A stretch of 64,000 bases of DNA, from contig JAQGDQ010000400.1 of the NCBI GenBank assembly GCA_030141605.1, positions 148,866 through 212,865 on the forward strand. Direction: 5' to 3'. The stretch comes from Tubiluchus corallicola. Its lineage: Eukaryota > Animalia > Priapulida. This document shows, in pieces, positions 1 through 13,577 of the stretch (the stretch's first letter is position 1; each line of letters begins with the position of its first letter). A program made the translations under genes and the position numbers. Below the pieces are notes generated by a model. That model worked only from the letters and a program-made list of their open reading frames with translations, made no database searches and had not been told where the DNA came from.

Positions 1-857
1 TGGGTGTGTATAAAGTTAAATGTTTAAAACTCGCCCTTGTAATAGTTATCATAGTTGCGTTCCTTGTTAGATAGAGAAAAAATTCAGCCTTAGCTGAAAA
101 AGAAATTCAGATTGGCAGAATGAATTTGAATTTTGAAAAATAAGTTACAGTTTAGCTAGCAAGATGCCACTTGTCTTTTTTGCTATTTTTGCATTTTAAA
201 TGAGAAACTATTGTTTAAAGTTTTTAAAGTATAATTTTTGCTTGCTCTGAGTATATCTGAGTGTCAATATAGTAGATTAAACACTGGCTGCTGTAGAATT
301 GATCCACATTTTTTCAATTGATATTACAATGTCTAAGAGATTTAACTGTTGTTTAAGTACATTGTAACATTATGTACCAAAACAAAATTTGAAGAATGGG
401 CTTGATACGCATAAAAAAATACTCAAACAAGAAATATGTGCCACTTTTGTCTCTCTGTTTTGCTAGAAATAAACTAATGTGCAATTTCAGAAGATACGTT
501 AGAGGCTGTGGCACAAGGTTACATTGACGTATAATCTTTTTTCTTTTGCAAAAATGGCAAGAAAAATCATAGAACGCGAAAAGTGCCACTGTTACAAAAA
601 AGGGAGAGTAACTTGTCTGTACCAAGCAAAATCAAATCATATGTCTTGGCGACAAATGTCATGCACAACCTTAATATTGTGGGAATACAACAAAATTAAA
701 TGTAATAAAATTGGCGTTCAACTTTGCGGTATAGAAGGCGCTATAATTAATGGTATCTTGTTAAAAGCATTCACCAACACCTCGAGGCTTTAATTAGGTT
801 GATACTGAATTTAAGTTGTATGAGATTTACTTGATGAAATCAATTCTCTGTTAACAG

Positions 858-962
858 GCCACGGGCATCTGCTGTTGCAGAGCGCCTTTGGAGTGCCCAA
901 TCTGTGGATGACGTAGACGAGGCATCTCATCGACTTGAAGAGCACAGATGTCGTATGGTTAG
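858..962 (+). CDS. HEXB: Beta-hexosaminidase (GH20, HEXA/HEXB-like), penultimate coding exon; gene begins upstream of the window
   Basis: ttaacag acceptor, 105 nt, AG|gtacag donor. Translates (W)[35 protein letters not shown], matching the [13 protein letters not shown]...RL...RC C-terminal motif of lysosomal hexosaminidases. HEXA vs HEXB cannot be distinguished in an invertebrate. Confidence 0.92.
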
Positions 963-1064
963 GTACAGTTTAAATTTTATCATGGAATTAACAATTTTTT
1001 ACACTTATTACATTTCACTGAGTTTCTTGCATTTAGTAAATTTCATCTTTTCGAAAGTGGAGTA

Positions 1065-1703
1065 CAGAGTTCCCTCACTTATCGCGGGTGTTCTGTTCCA
1101 GGCCCGCCCGTGATAAGTGAATTTCTGCGAAGTAGGGATGCTATACTTGTTTTAGTACTTATACATTATTGTAAGTCTTTATAAACCCTCCCCACCGCAG
1201 ATGAAAACTACGCACATGCGACAGTCGGATGCTAACGTGAAATGGAAGAGCTGAGAGGGGGTAGTTGCACAAGGGGAAAGAAAATAAATTGCACGGTACC
1301 TGAGCCAATCAGCGACTGGGATACAGAGCAGCATTCTCTGGTTGGTCGCTTTCCATCAATCAACCAATCGTGTGTGGTGTACATTCTCACGCCGGCAAGT
1401 AGCATCTCAAGCGGGCGCAAGTACCACATTTCGCTTATGGTGTGTATTCATCTGCTGAATAAATACACTATTTACTGTAAATGGTAATTTTTTATGATTT
1501 ATAATATTCTTTTAATGTTAGAATTAATATTTTTAATATATTTTTATACATTTTGTGACTTTTTATGTAAATTTCGTCAAATGTATACATTACTGTACAA
1601 TACGTACTACGCATGTGCAAAAATACTTTAGACGGAGTACCGCTGAAACCCGTGAAACAGCGAGTTCGCGATAAACGAACCGCGAAGTAGCGAGGGAACA
1701 CTG
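1065..1703. mobile_element. Non-autonomous Tc1/mariner (Tigger/pogo-like) MITE, copy 1
   Basis: TA on both flanks; imperfect TIRs CAGAGTTCCCTCACT... / ...AGCGAGGGAACACTG; second copy in opposite orientation at 21786-22195. Confidence 0.85.
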
Positions 1704-2292
1704 TACTAAAATAAGGATCAGCTATTTATTTTTCCTTTTATTCACCTGCCTGTTTACACATTTCTCATTACATACATGTGTTTCTGACTGGTGACCACTA
1801 GTCAGCCATCATCCATTTACCTCTTAAATTGCATGACCATGATACACTGCCTAGTATTTGCTGTTTCCTATCATGTTGCAGAATTTTTTAGAAGTCACAT
1901 TTCGCTTGCTGCAGGGTGAGGCTTAACTGTATACATTTTACAAATGGGGCATGATCTTTGCAAGGTGGGTGGCATCATGGTAATAATTGACATGACACGC
2001 ATTGCTTTCATTAAAAAAACAACTTAAAAATAAGTCAAAGTTTGATGGACTTCATTCTAACTGGTCATCAGCCTTCCTACAGTGGTCATTTTCTTTTGTG
2101 AATGTGTTGCAATTTCATATCAGAAGTTTGATGGATGCCCAAAAACTGAATTAAAGGACTGTCGGGATACGCTTATTCTCTACTGTAGAAGGTCAAAGTC
2201 TGCACTATCAACTATTTTACATTCTTGAAACTTTTTTTATTTTTCATCAGTACATAGCAATGTATTTGTAGTAATTTACTTTTTCGTTTCAG

Positions 2293-2356
2293 ACGAGGCA
2301 TTCCAGCAGAGCCACCAAATGGTCCAGGTTTCTGTCAGTATGAAATACAGCCTTGA
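2293..2356 (+). CDS. HEXB: Beta-hexosaminidase, last coding exon
   Basis: ttttcgtttcag acceptor, phase 2 matches previous exon. RGIPAEPPNGPGFCQYEIQP* resembles the RGxxAQP..GFC end of HEXA/HEXB. AATAAA at 2485, 2595 and 2667 downstream. Confidence 0.9.
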
Positions 2357-3699
2357 AGTTGACATTGCTTGTTTCTACATGGTCAAATTTGTTTCTACAT
2401 GTTTAAATTTGACCAACATCTAATAATTTTTGTATTCCATGTTTGTATCCTTGTTGCAAGATGCCAGAAATGTTTGAAAAATATAATAAATCACTATTAG
2501 TGACATCGTTAACATGTTTATTTCAATCCAGTGTATTCATGATTACAATAGGCCTCATAAATGTTATCAATCTGTGATATATCAGGTACAGTGCAATAAA
2601 TGGCACCTGGTGATTGTTTGATTTTTATATTAAAACTTGTTGGTATAATTGTACATTGTATTAAACAATAAATCTCCCAAAACTGGATTTGTGTAGTCTG
2701 TAATTTGTTGGTTTAAGTGTTTGTTTGATGTTTATCGTTAAGACATTTTTTCATGATCAACTTCCATCCTGTTCTATACTTGCGTTTGCATTTGAGAATG
2801 AGTTTAAGAGGTAACAGAGTTTACTAGTTAGGGCTACTTGGCTATTAGACCGAGTTATTGTCGTGTCAGGAGAATGCTTGTAATTTGGACCCAGTTGCGG
2901 CAAATCACCATACTTTCAGTTGTGGCTTTCTGACTTGCTACCTCTCTGTTGTCGCAACCCTCCTAGTAGCCTTGGAACTGTTGGAAATTACATTATTCTA
3001 TTGTGTAATTATAATAGTGAGCCAATGAACTTTTAGAAAAATCAAGTTTCAGCTTGATTTTGGAGCATTGCATTCGTATGCTGGCCATAGTCTTAGTCTA
3101 ATCAGTGCCGCATTTAATTCAAACCTGCTGAGCTTGCCTTACATAGAATTACATGGGCTGATATTGGTACATACTTGTATGTATGTATTGCACAGTCGAG
3201 TGTTCAGATAAACAAGGTCCTCGCTATTGTATAATTTTTTTAAGTTTGCTGAGGCTTGTGTATCCGGAGTGGTTGAAAAAGCACCGTTCGCTTGCTAGGT
3301 CTGCAAGAATTTTCATAGTTTCATCATTAAATAAGTTAATTGCAGTGGAAATGCTCGATCGAGATAACTGTATTCTGCTAGTCATGAGCCGGGCTCTTGT
3401 ATTACCAAAAATAAGGCTAACATGCACAATTGAATATATTCCGCTTATGCGAAAAAAGTAGACAGAATCAAATTTTTTGTGGAGTTCATTTTTTTATACA
3501 GATTGCCTCAAACAAGAACAAAGAGTATAAGAGTGAAAATACGAAAATATGCATGAATGCACAACTACTGTTCAGAATTAACAGAATTTGTGTAACTAAT
3601 TTGCTACTGATAGGAGGCATCTATAGAATCTGAAAAGCAGAAGTTGTTCTTGAATCGCGTGAGCTTGTAGTCTTCGGGACCAGTAACTCAGTCCCTGTC

Positions 3700-4030
3700 G
3701 CAGTAACCCTGCATAAAACGTGTAAAATTAAATTCCGGTGATGACAGTTAAGTACAGCCATTTAATGGTAAGTTGTTTGAAACAAGTTCAGATATCATTG
3801 TGTAAAGTTTAAAAAAAATTGAGCGTTCGTAGCACACACTTCGCAAACTAAGCAAAACTTCAACTTTGTATTGGTTTTTGGTGGATCAGTGGTGCACATT
3901 GGGATGGCGATGCAGCGCTGCTTTACCAGTTGATGCAATTTGTTTTAAATTAATAAAAAATTCTATTTACGTAAGTTTGAAACAGGTAAGCATGATATCA
4001 AGTAGTACTTTGTATGTGGAAAGATCTTTA
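3700..4030. mobile_element. Degenerate fragment of the long-TIR element family seen at 37916-39514
   Basis: Shares blocks such as gtttgaaacaagtt.agata.cattgtg.aaa.ttt and ttcgtagcacacactt with 17280-17670; reverse-complement similarity to 38100-38490. Confidence 0.55.
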
Positions 4031-4439
4031 TACTTTAAAATATAAAGACTTTAAAGTAGAGTTTAAATCTTACCCTTTAGTCTCATGAAAAGCAGAAAAA
4101 TGTAAATAAAAAAGCCTTGAAACGCAGTTGAAATCAGTTTCTACGTAATTAATTAATCAAAATAAGCCATTATCATTTATAACAATTATTTTTTTCAAAA
4201 GCTTGCTTTGCAGAAAACTGCTGTCGCTCTTGGCCTGGCCCTTGCGACTAGCGAGCCATAACGGAGCTGTGATACCAAGCAAACAGTTGCTGAAAGTAGT
4301 TCCATTTAAAAGAATTGGAATTAAAGTTTTGTTTTTTCGTTTATTACTCATTTGGATGGTACCTTTTAGGAAACGTTTTTTGAGTTTATTTTGTGAACTA
4401 TAAACAATGTCCTGAACATTAACCTACACACCTATTTTT

Positions 4440-4540
4440 GGGTATGACGTCAATCTGACGCAAAAGGCGACAGAACACAGTGAGTGAAGTTGTTAGGCTC
4501 CAACAGGATCAAGGGTGAGAAGATGTATTTTTAGGTGAGT
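4440..4540 (+). promoter_or_regulatory. Candidate distal Mef2 promoter and non-coding first exon
   Basis: Full CRE palindrome TGACGTCA (4445-4452) plus TGACG half site, followed ~80 nt later by a near-consensus donor TAG|GTGAGT at 4535. Confidence 0.45.
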
Positions 4541-6126
4541 AAAAATAGAAATGTTTTCATTGATTTTCATCTATTTTTGGCGTGTGTGTCAGTATTTGAT
4601 TGACAATGTAAACAAAGCAAGTTAAAGTTTCATAGACAACAGCTTGGTGTAAAATGATTTGAAACTTAGAAATTATGGACGTGTATTTGCATGCATGATT
4701 GGAGAATGAAGATTGCACGTAACTCTGAATACTGCAAAGTAGAGTCGGGATTTGTTTTGATAATACTTAGTTTGTTTACTCGTGCGAATTTAATCATTTT
4801 CTTCAATAAACAGTGGATAATGACACATTATTCTGCTCTGAAAAGGACAATTTGAGTTTTGAATTGTGTTGTGGCTTTGCCATTTCGCCTGTATTATTTA
4901 GGCCTGTTTCGTTATTTCTGTGGTCTCGCTGTCTGTTGTCTTTCAGCTGATTTTTTATTCTAATGTAGAGCAGTGATGGGCGTTATTAAAATTTAATTAA
5001 ATACATTTGTTGATTGCATTTATTTTAGTAATTCTTGTACTTGATGTACAAGTTTGTGTAAGATTTTTAGGAATTGTGCATGCAGTACCATTCAGGTTGG
5101 AATTTGCATGGTAAATTTGGTGTATATGCGGGCGCATGTATTTTTGTTGGCATGGGTGCGATATCAGAAAATGGATGTGAGCATAATGCTAAGCCACTAA
5201 AAACCTAGAACACAAAATACATTATTTATTTCCCTTAAAAAAGAAAGAATTTAAACAGTTTTTCAAAAGGCAGCAGTCATACTAGTTTTGCTGCAATGTC
5301 TTTTCAGAATACATGTATGTTAGTATTGATATATTTATGACCTTCAGCTTTGGACTCAATAATTTCATTGAATATTGTTCTCATCAAGACCGGTGAATGG
5401 TGTGTAAGCTTGTATTGCAATCTATTTTCCACGAAGATGGCTGCATTTAAATAAACTTCGGATACTTTTACACTTAATTAAGAGTTTTATGATGATAAGC
5501 ATGAAAAATTGATGGATACAGGTGGCTACAGAGCGTGATGTTATTGGGCAGGGCACGTAGGGGTTAGCCGTATAAACAGCTTCCATATAAGGAAGCTGTT
5601 TATATATATATATATTATACGAAGCCGTATAAACAGCTTCCATACTGCATCATGCTAAATTGTGCTGCACAATTGCTAACTAGTGCAATTAACGTAATAA
5701 TTATAAAAAATAATACGCGAAATTTTGTGCTGTGCTGTAATTCAACTAAAATTTGGCAATTTTAAGATTTAACTCATTGTGAGCAATGAATTAAATTATG
5801 AAAATGCTCACTTTTGACAGAACTATGGAAAAATTTCATGTTTGTTGTAGCAAATGTACTGCTTGTTCCCCTGAGAGGGTTGCGTTTTGTAAATTTTAAT
5901 AGTTGTTTTTAAAGATCTTTCTTGCGAGTTATTTACTGTTCTACTTACTCCGTATGTTTTCTTTTTTTAGTACTTGCATAAGTATTTTAATGAGGAATAG
6001 CCAACTCATTCCATTGATCACTGTAGTGCGGCATGTAGTCTAACAATAAAATTCAAAGCATTAGATAGAATTTAGTATAAAAGAACAAATGGGGACATTT
6101 ACTAAAACATTTTGGTTTTAGACTCG

Positions 6127-6410
6127 ACCAGACGGTTTAGTCTAGTGGTAATGCGTCTGCTTTCCGTCTGGGAGGTCATGAATTCGAACCAGCGGCCGGG
6201 CCATACCAAAGACTTTAAAAATGGTACCTGCTATTGCTCTACCTGACGCGTGGAGTTTAGGGTAAAAGTGGGGTAATAATAGTCTCTGTTATGTAGTTGT
6301 AGGTTGTTATTTACAGTCGGCGATAATAGCTCTTTGAGCTAATGTTAATTGTTGACCCAAAAGTCGACTTTAAATAAAGATTATTATTATTATTGTTATT
6401 ACTATTATTG
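6127..6410 (+). mobile_element. tRNA-derived SINE, copy 1
   Basis: A-box-like TAGTCTAGTGG, B-box-like ATTCGAACC, core ccaaagactttaaaaatggtacc, (ATT)n tail; further copies at 34605 and 40631. Confidence 0.85.
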
Positions 6411-6942
6411 AAAGTACATGAAAATGTTTATTGCGTGCCTAGTGGCGCTTATCCATGATGCAGTCTACCCTTGTGCAAAATTGATATACAAAGCCTGTTT
6501 AAAAAATGTAAATGTGCTTTACAAGGATTTTATTAACTTTAGTAATTCCCTGAAAACTTTATCTGCTATTACGACTACATGGATGTCAACATGTTTATCG
6601 ATTTGGCTAAGCCTTGTTTTGTCTAATTACATCCACTTCAGGTTTATAGCATTTGATAATGTAACTTCGGCAAAGGGCAGCTACAGTGTCTAATCTTTCA
6701 AACCTAGCACTAAAACATTTCTGTGAGCGGATGTGCGTTCAACCTTTATTGTGTCGTGCGTAATAGCTGGTTTACCAAAGTCTAGAGATCAGTGCAAAGA
6801 GTGCATTTACCTGACCTGGGGTTTCTTACTTGTCAACAGATAAGACTAGCTACAAATATTATTGACGTATACATATTGTTTTTGTTTGTGATGTACTTTT
6901 TTTCCTTTATACCTGTTGCTACGACCTTTATTAAATTTTTAT

Positions 6943-7826
6943 TACTCATAGCATTGCAAGAAAGTTTTTCACAAACATCCCTGAACACGAAAGAAGTTAT
7001 AAGCGTTACGCACAGCATTGCATGAAAGTTCTTCACAAACATCCCTGAATACGAAAGAAGTTATAGGCAATACTCACAGCATTGCAGGAAAGTTCTTCAC
7101 AAACATCACTGAACGCGAAAGATGTTATAGGCATTACTCACAGCATTGCAGGAAAGTTCTTCACAAACATCCCTGAACAGGAAAGAAGTTATAGGCGTTA
7201 CGCACAGCATTGCAGGAAAGTTCTTCACAAACATCCCTGAATACGAAAGAAGTTATAGGCTATACTCACAGCATTGCAGGAAAGTTCTTCACAAACTCCC
7301 TGAACACGAAAGAAGTTATAGGCATTACTCACAGCATTGCAGGAAAGTTCTTCACAAACATCCCTGAATATGAAAGAAGTTATAGGCATTACTCACAGCA
7401 TTGCAGGAAAGTTTTTCACAAACATCCCTGAATACGAAAGACGTTATAGGCATTACTCACAGCATTGCAGGAAAGTTTTTCACAAACATCCCTGAATACG
7501 AAAGAAGTTATAGGCATTACTCACAGCATTGCAGGAAAGTTCTTCACAAACATCACTGAACGCGAAAGAAGTTATAGGCATTACTCACAGCATTGCAGGA
7601 AAGTTCTTCACAAACATCCCTGAACAGGAAAGAAGTTATAGGCATTACTCACAGCATTGCAGGAAAGTTTTTCACAAACATCCCTGAACATGAAAGAAGT
7701 TATAGGCATTACTCACAGCATTGCAGGAAAGTTCTTCACAAATATCCCTGAATACGAAAGAAGTTATAGGCATTACTCACAGCATTGCAGGAAAGTTCTG
7801 CACAAACATCCCTGAACACGAAAGAA
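6943..7826. repeat. Minisatellite, 64-bp unit, ~14 copies
   Basis: Unit actcacagcattgcaggaaagttcttcacaaacatccctgaatacgaaagaagttataggcatt, head-to-tail with no unique spacers. Confidence 0.95.
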
Positions 7827-8120
7827 TATCTGTGGCACGTCGCTCGAATGGCCCGCTCCCGCCTACCGTTCATCTCCATGTCTGAGCCGGCGTGGAAGCG
7901 CTACAGAGGAGGTCAAGAAAAGCATTTCTGGCATCAAATGAAGCGCGATTTTGTGTCTCCTCTTGGGCTGGATCACTACCACAAAGTTTCCGATGATCTC
8001 ATAGAGCTGCCTTCGTACTGCAAGGACCAGAAGCAGTGGCGTGCGATGGTTTGGGATACTACCTGTGCTGACCTGCCTACACCTGGTGGGGGCAGCAAGT
8101 AAGTAAGCAAGCAAGTAAGA
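7827..8120 (+). mobile_element. 3' end of a 5'-truncated RTE-clade-like non-LTR retrotransposon
   Basis: Peptide HVARM..RLP....KRYRGGQ...W......D...WRAMV resembles the RTE ORF C-terminus (GHVxRM..R.P..KR.RGR..W..DR..WR), followed by a (TAAG/CAAG)n microsatellite tail. Confidence 0.7.
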
Positions 8121-9023
8121 ATATGTGCTTTATTCAAAGTCTCTGTCATGATAAGAGTCCAAACGAAACTGATGTGATACATATGGAGTGCAATGCATGC
8201 GTGATCTAGTTACTTTGGAGAGTTCGTTTAGTGAGTGGAGAAGCAAGTAAATATGGAATTAGTTAAACAGACTAAACTGAGAACTGCTCGCCTCTATTGG
8301 ACATTGAGAACTGCATCAACTGCCCAGGAAGACCAAGTGCTACTTGTAACTATTTGTCTATAATAAGCAGAGGTTTTACAAGTTCATCTTAACATATCAC
8401 GTGCCTCAGATTTCTTATGTGCGGCAAAGTCATTCTATAGATGAATATACTGACTTAAGTCTTGTTTTTTGCATGAAACAAATGAAATTTGGTGTAGTGG
8501 TAAACAGTCCCTAGAGCTACTGAAATTGTTGCAAAATTAGGTCATGCGAACTTAAGACTAGGTCAGCTGTCTCATAAACTGTCAAAATGTGTCATCCTAA
8601 AAATTTATAGTGATTGATGAATGTTTAAAATAAAAATACGCCTAGAAATTACTAGTACTGAATTACAGAGTGAATCGAAAAGTAAGCTTGTAAGCCAAAG
8701 CTTTTCATAATGTCTTTTAGACATTGTCTCTAATTATTTTTTTACATGTCCCATGCTCAAACAAACCTATTTGCACACGTAGGTATTACTTTGCAGGACA
8801 AGTACAAGATGGCAGCAACTGCAAATTCGCACAAAGGTCTTTTGGCAATTTTTGTGATATTTTGGAATTTAATATTGTAAAAAGAAATTTGTTAAATAAA
8901 AATGAGCACAAAGAAAGAACTTGAAAACGTGCTCTACAGCAACTACATAATGTTTTACATTTGAGACGGTAATTGCAGGAACAAATTTTAGCGGGCCTGT
9001 CAAATTTGGAATGAATGATTTTT

Positions 9024-10117
9024 GGTGCGTGGTAAAAATGGCACAGGAAAAAAGTGCATGGTAAAATTGGCACGAAAAGAAAAATAGGTAAAAATGGCGC
9101 AAATAGAAAAGTGTGAAAAAATGGCACATATGTTAGTTTGGTGCAGTGATTTCTATAATAAAACTATAATAATGCATTCAGTCATTTCATTCATTCATGT
9201 TAGGAAACAGACATTTCCTCCAAAGCCGAAGAGTCTTAAATTTATTCATCTCATTTTTTTAATTAAAAATGAAAAACGAAAATAAACATGTAAGAATACA
9301 AAAATGCACCTGTAAAAGTATTTTTATTAAAAAGTTGTTTTTATTACCAATCGTGTGAATAATCTTGACTGCTAACATTTTTTAATGAATTACTTATGTA
9401 AAGTATATTCAAAATAAAATGATGCTAATAATTATATAGACTAGCAAAAGACTCACAAAATATTTTGTTCAGTAAATAGACTTGTTCGTAATCAATAATG
9501 CACGAATGTTCCACACGGTGTTTATCTGACTTTCTGTAACCATTAATTTTGGCGATGGTAAGAGACTGGCTTATATACGTATTGACATACCAAATCAGTT
9601 TACAAGGCTGTACACTTTAACGAGCAAAGATTATAGACAGCGTTACACGGTTTTACAAGAGAGAATTTATCAAAAGGAACCTGGAATTAACCTGTACTTG
9701 TTTGTCCAGGCGAAGATAATAAGAAAGGGACCTGCACAAAGTGCTTCCTGAATGTTTTTTGTACGTGGTGTTCGATCAAGTTTTGCGAAAAAAGAATCAA
9801 TCAGCGAAAAAATTCCCATCCTATAGCCAGCTTCTTCGCAAAGTTTCATATGAAATTCTGTTACGTAGATTTTGCGTAATAGGTTTATGGCCTTGACAGG
9901 CAAAAACAACAAAGTAAACAGACAAACAAACAAAGAAACTGCACTGAAGCATAATTTCCTTGGCAAAGATAAAAATAATTATCCCTCGCAGTAATCCTAG
10001 TTTTAGTAAGTGAGCCAGTTTTTCCTGTACCGTTTTACCTACTTTTCCATTTGTACCGTTTTTTCCTGTACCATTTTTACGGTGGCATTTTTTCCTGTGT
10101 CATTTTTACCTACATTC
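9024..10117. mobile_element. Foldback-type non-autonomous DNA element with modular ~100-bp TIRs
   Basis: Left arm has repeated ggtaaaa(a)tggcac modules; right arm has the reverse-complement modules (gtgtcatttttacc, gtaccatttttac). No clear TSD. Confidence 0.6.
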
Positions 10118-10530
10118 ACATGATTCACGATTTTTCATTAGGAATGCCCTGATGTTGAGCCTCGAGTAGAATCTTCTGACGAATCAGCAACGCCTAATCA
10201 GTCATTCGGGTCACTAAGTTTTTTTTTTGTAAGTATCTCAACGTTTGTCTGACATATTGGAAACTGCTAAAGTGCTTCCACGTGATGTGCAGTAGGTGCT
10301 TCTGGGTGCAGGCGGGGATTAATTACCAATTAGGTAGTTAACATTGCGCTGATAAGTGGAAATATTTTTGCAGCATAGCAGCTGCTTGAATAGTGAACAC
10401 CAACTTGGACCTTAGCGCTTTGTGCAAAGAGCACACGAGAAACTTCGGTCAAGATATTCGATTTTTCTCACTAATATTTTACAGCCACTAATGTACTTAT
10501 CAGATGATTGTTTATTGGTAAATTGTTTAA

Positions 10531-10986
10531 CCCTTTCAGTCCCAAATTATTTTTTAGTAAGAATTTTTTTTTGATTTGGTACTTTTGTTCAGTATGTCCA
10601 TCTTGTTTACACATAATAATTATTTTTTCTACCTGTGCCCGCGTGCTAAATATAGCCTGTATCCCACGGGATACATTGGTATTCAATGGAAGCATAAAAT
10701 GTGCTTCATTTTGCAACTGCTGATAATTTTTTAAAGTATTTAAGACATTTAGTATGCATGCTATGCTGATCTGTACGAAGTCATCTCTAAAGTACTGTAC
10801 CTTGAGCAGTTTTTATGCTATGTAGATCTTTTAATTTGCCATTTTATCACCATTTTTAGTCTATTGTTATTGGCTTAAATCAAACTAACTATTATCAGAT
10901 CAAATAACTGTTAGTTTTAAAATTTTATTAATTTTAAAAGCAGAAAATATTTTCGTATCCCACGGGATAGAACGGGTATGAAAGGG
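10531..10986. mobile_element. piggyBac-like MITE
   Basis: TTAA on both flanks; TIR CCCTTTCA...TGAAAGGG; internal palindrome tatcccacgggata present twice. Confidence 0.8.
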
Positions 10987-11119
10987 TTAAAGAACATTTT
11001 GGATTTCAACGCTGTTCGGGATTGTCTGGAAATGACTAGATGAAGCTCGTCTACCGGCTTTTATATCACGATGACAACTTGCTAATAAGGCATATGCGCT
11101 TAGCTGGCTTGATTGACAG

Positions 11120-11640
11120 TGAGATGACATCACAAGTTTTCAAGTTCGCAGCGCGCATGCGCCGTTGATGCTGCTTGAGATCTTAGCTGGAGTGGAGAGG
11201 GTGCCCGTGTGTGTGTTGAGTGCGCGCGATGGAGGTGTTCTGATTTTAGAAAGTTGGATTTATATTTAGGCTGTCAATCTAAAGTTGGCTTTCCTGGGTG
11301 AGTTATAATAGTAACACTGGTAGAGTAGCGTAGCGGGCGGGTGATGCTCGCCTTGTGTCATCATTTTCTAGTTTAAGCTTTCTCTGAGTTAGAGAGAGGG
11401 AGGTTGCTCTCGAGTCAGCTAAGTTTCTCTTGTGCGTCGTGCGTGCAAGCCGATCATGGATTTACTTTCCAGAGCGCTGATGCTGTTGCCAAGGCGACGA
11501 GATGCTATTCATTAAACTCGTTATTTTCACAAGGCTTGCAACACTTACATTCATGATGTGATTATTAGGACTAAACTATAAGAAGTGTGAACAAGCTAAT
11601 GGGATAAATGTGGAAAATTGCTGCTATGCCAGTATGATTG
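11120..11640 (+). promoter_or_regulatory. Candidate proximal Mef2 promoter / 5' UTR exon region
   Basis: Local GC/CpG-rich island; NRF1/EWG-type GCGCATGCGC (11153-11162); MEF2-type TTATATTTAG (11260-11269); candidate donors GTGAGT (11298) and GTATGA (11632). Confidence 0.45.
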
Positions 11641-13344
11641 TTGTATTGTTGTACGTGCATATGTTTATATGTTAATTACGTTTCTCCATTTTGGGTGTTT
11701 GCAAGTAGGAGGTCACTGCTTGGATTTAACGACATAGGTTGTGACTTTGATTATAGAACATTGAAAATAACGTTTTGTTTGTTTATACTAATAAAATGTC
11801 TCACAGCTATCTTTTTTGCTAAATATAAGTGTTTAAGATTTTAGGTGCATAAAGATCTAGATTCAGAACAATGCATAGACTTTTTTCACTTATTTAATTA
11901 CTTATTTATTATTTATTTAATTATTATTTAAATGTGTAGCATAATAAATTGGATTTGTGTTTCACAAATTCAGTGTTTGAAAGGATTATGTACGCTCATT
12001 TAGCAAAAATCCTTATCGACATTCATGTTTTTTATTACTATACATGAATTTTCGTTATGCACACTATTATGACTGACAAGATAAAAATGATAAAGTTTTT
12101 AAACTTTGAAAGAAATCCTTGTTGATAATCAAGCCACAGACGTCGACATTTTGTCGCTTTCTTACGTTTTTATTCTAAGTAATTTTTAATTTATAACTAT
12201 TGTGCTAGGTTATAAATAGGATGGTATATGGCATTATTTAGCGAGTGAACATTTTTACATCAGCAAGTGAAAAGGCATAAAATTTGAAGATGATTTAAAC
12301 TAAATTATCTGATGTTTGCTGGAAGCTACGACCTGTTTTAAAGTACAAAATGTTGATATGTTGGTGTCACTGCATTATAACTCGAATTTCTGAGAAACGG
12401 TTTTAACGGAAGTCTAAGAAGGGCAAGCATGCTTGGTTTGCTCTCTAAGAAATTATAAAAATGTAGATGAAACATCAGCTTTTGTCCAGTTCTGGATTGT
12501 TATGAAATACGAAATAGTCCAGCAATATCGTAGTCCAAATCATTTTTTAAACGCTATTTATTTTGCTTTTAATTTTCCATGTACGCTGGTGATTAGTTAA
12601 CATGAGTTAAAGTGTGGAGCTTTAGGTGCTTTTTCTGCTGTACTGAACGCTGCTTTGCACGTAGGAGTGTTTCAAGTACAGTGTGTAGCTACTGTATGGT
12701 ACACTAATCTGTTACGTAACCAAGGGCATCACTCGCACGTCCTACAGCCCAGCAACTTGTTTACGTAACTTACAACTTTGCAGAGGCACTTACTGACCCA
12801 GTAATAAATAACTGCAGTAGCTAACTAACGCAAAATACTTCGCCGTCGGTTAGCAAACGTTTGACCAGTGATGTGGCGCTAATAGAGGGCTTTTTGTTTA
12901 GTGGCTTTTTGCTTTATTATTTCTTGTAAACACAGTTTATTATCAGTGTTGTTAGTTATAAGTTACTAATAAAATAAATTAACGAGTTCGTCACACGAAG
13001 AAATGTCAATTTTTTCATTTGGTTTTTTGTTAAAATAAATTCCATGAATTCGTGCTTCTGTTACCTATATTTCTGGGACTCCTGCATTAATTGTGTATTA
13101 TATAGGTTTTTTTCGTACAGTTTTGTCTATAGTTGTGCTTGTTTCTGTTGTATAGCGCTCATAGTGTAAATAAAATAAAAAACTAAACAGTTCTTTATAC
13201 TGTTAGTAAAGTATAAGCTTTTTGGCTTGGCAATAACATTACGTTCAGTGCCATAAAATTACACATTTCACATTTTCGTTGAACACTGTGTTTTACCAAA
13301 GCTGGAGTAAATTGAAATATTGTAATTTTCACATTAAAATTACA

Positions 13345-13440
13345 ACAAGATAATCTATGCAAGAACCATATTGTGGAGATTAGAAGTCATAACAAGATAG
13401 TCTATGCTAGAACCATATTGTGGAGATTAGAAGTCATAAC
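13345..13440. repeat. Tandem duplication, ~46 bp x2
   Basis: aacaagata.tctatgc.agaaccatattgtggagattagaagtcat repeated. Confidence 0.85.
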
Positions 13441-13577
13441 TTGGACACTGAGCTCCTCACGTCTTAGGCTTATGTATTGCATTTTTTTGATATGTCGAAA
13501 GTTGAACTCGTTTTACAACTGTAAGATCACATTTGACAGTTTTTTCCAGCGTTGCTTTAAACTTAATTAATGAAAAG

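Noticed and set aside
6127-6200. Functional tRNA gene
   Set aside because: Only A/B-box-like motifs, degenerate cloverleaf, and it continues into a SINE body found three times.
6943-7826. CRISPR-like appearance of this and the other long tandem arrays
   Set aside because: Units are contiguous homologous copies with no unique spacers; eukaryotic context; no cas genes.
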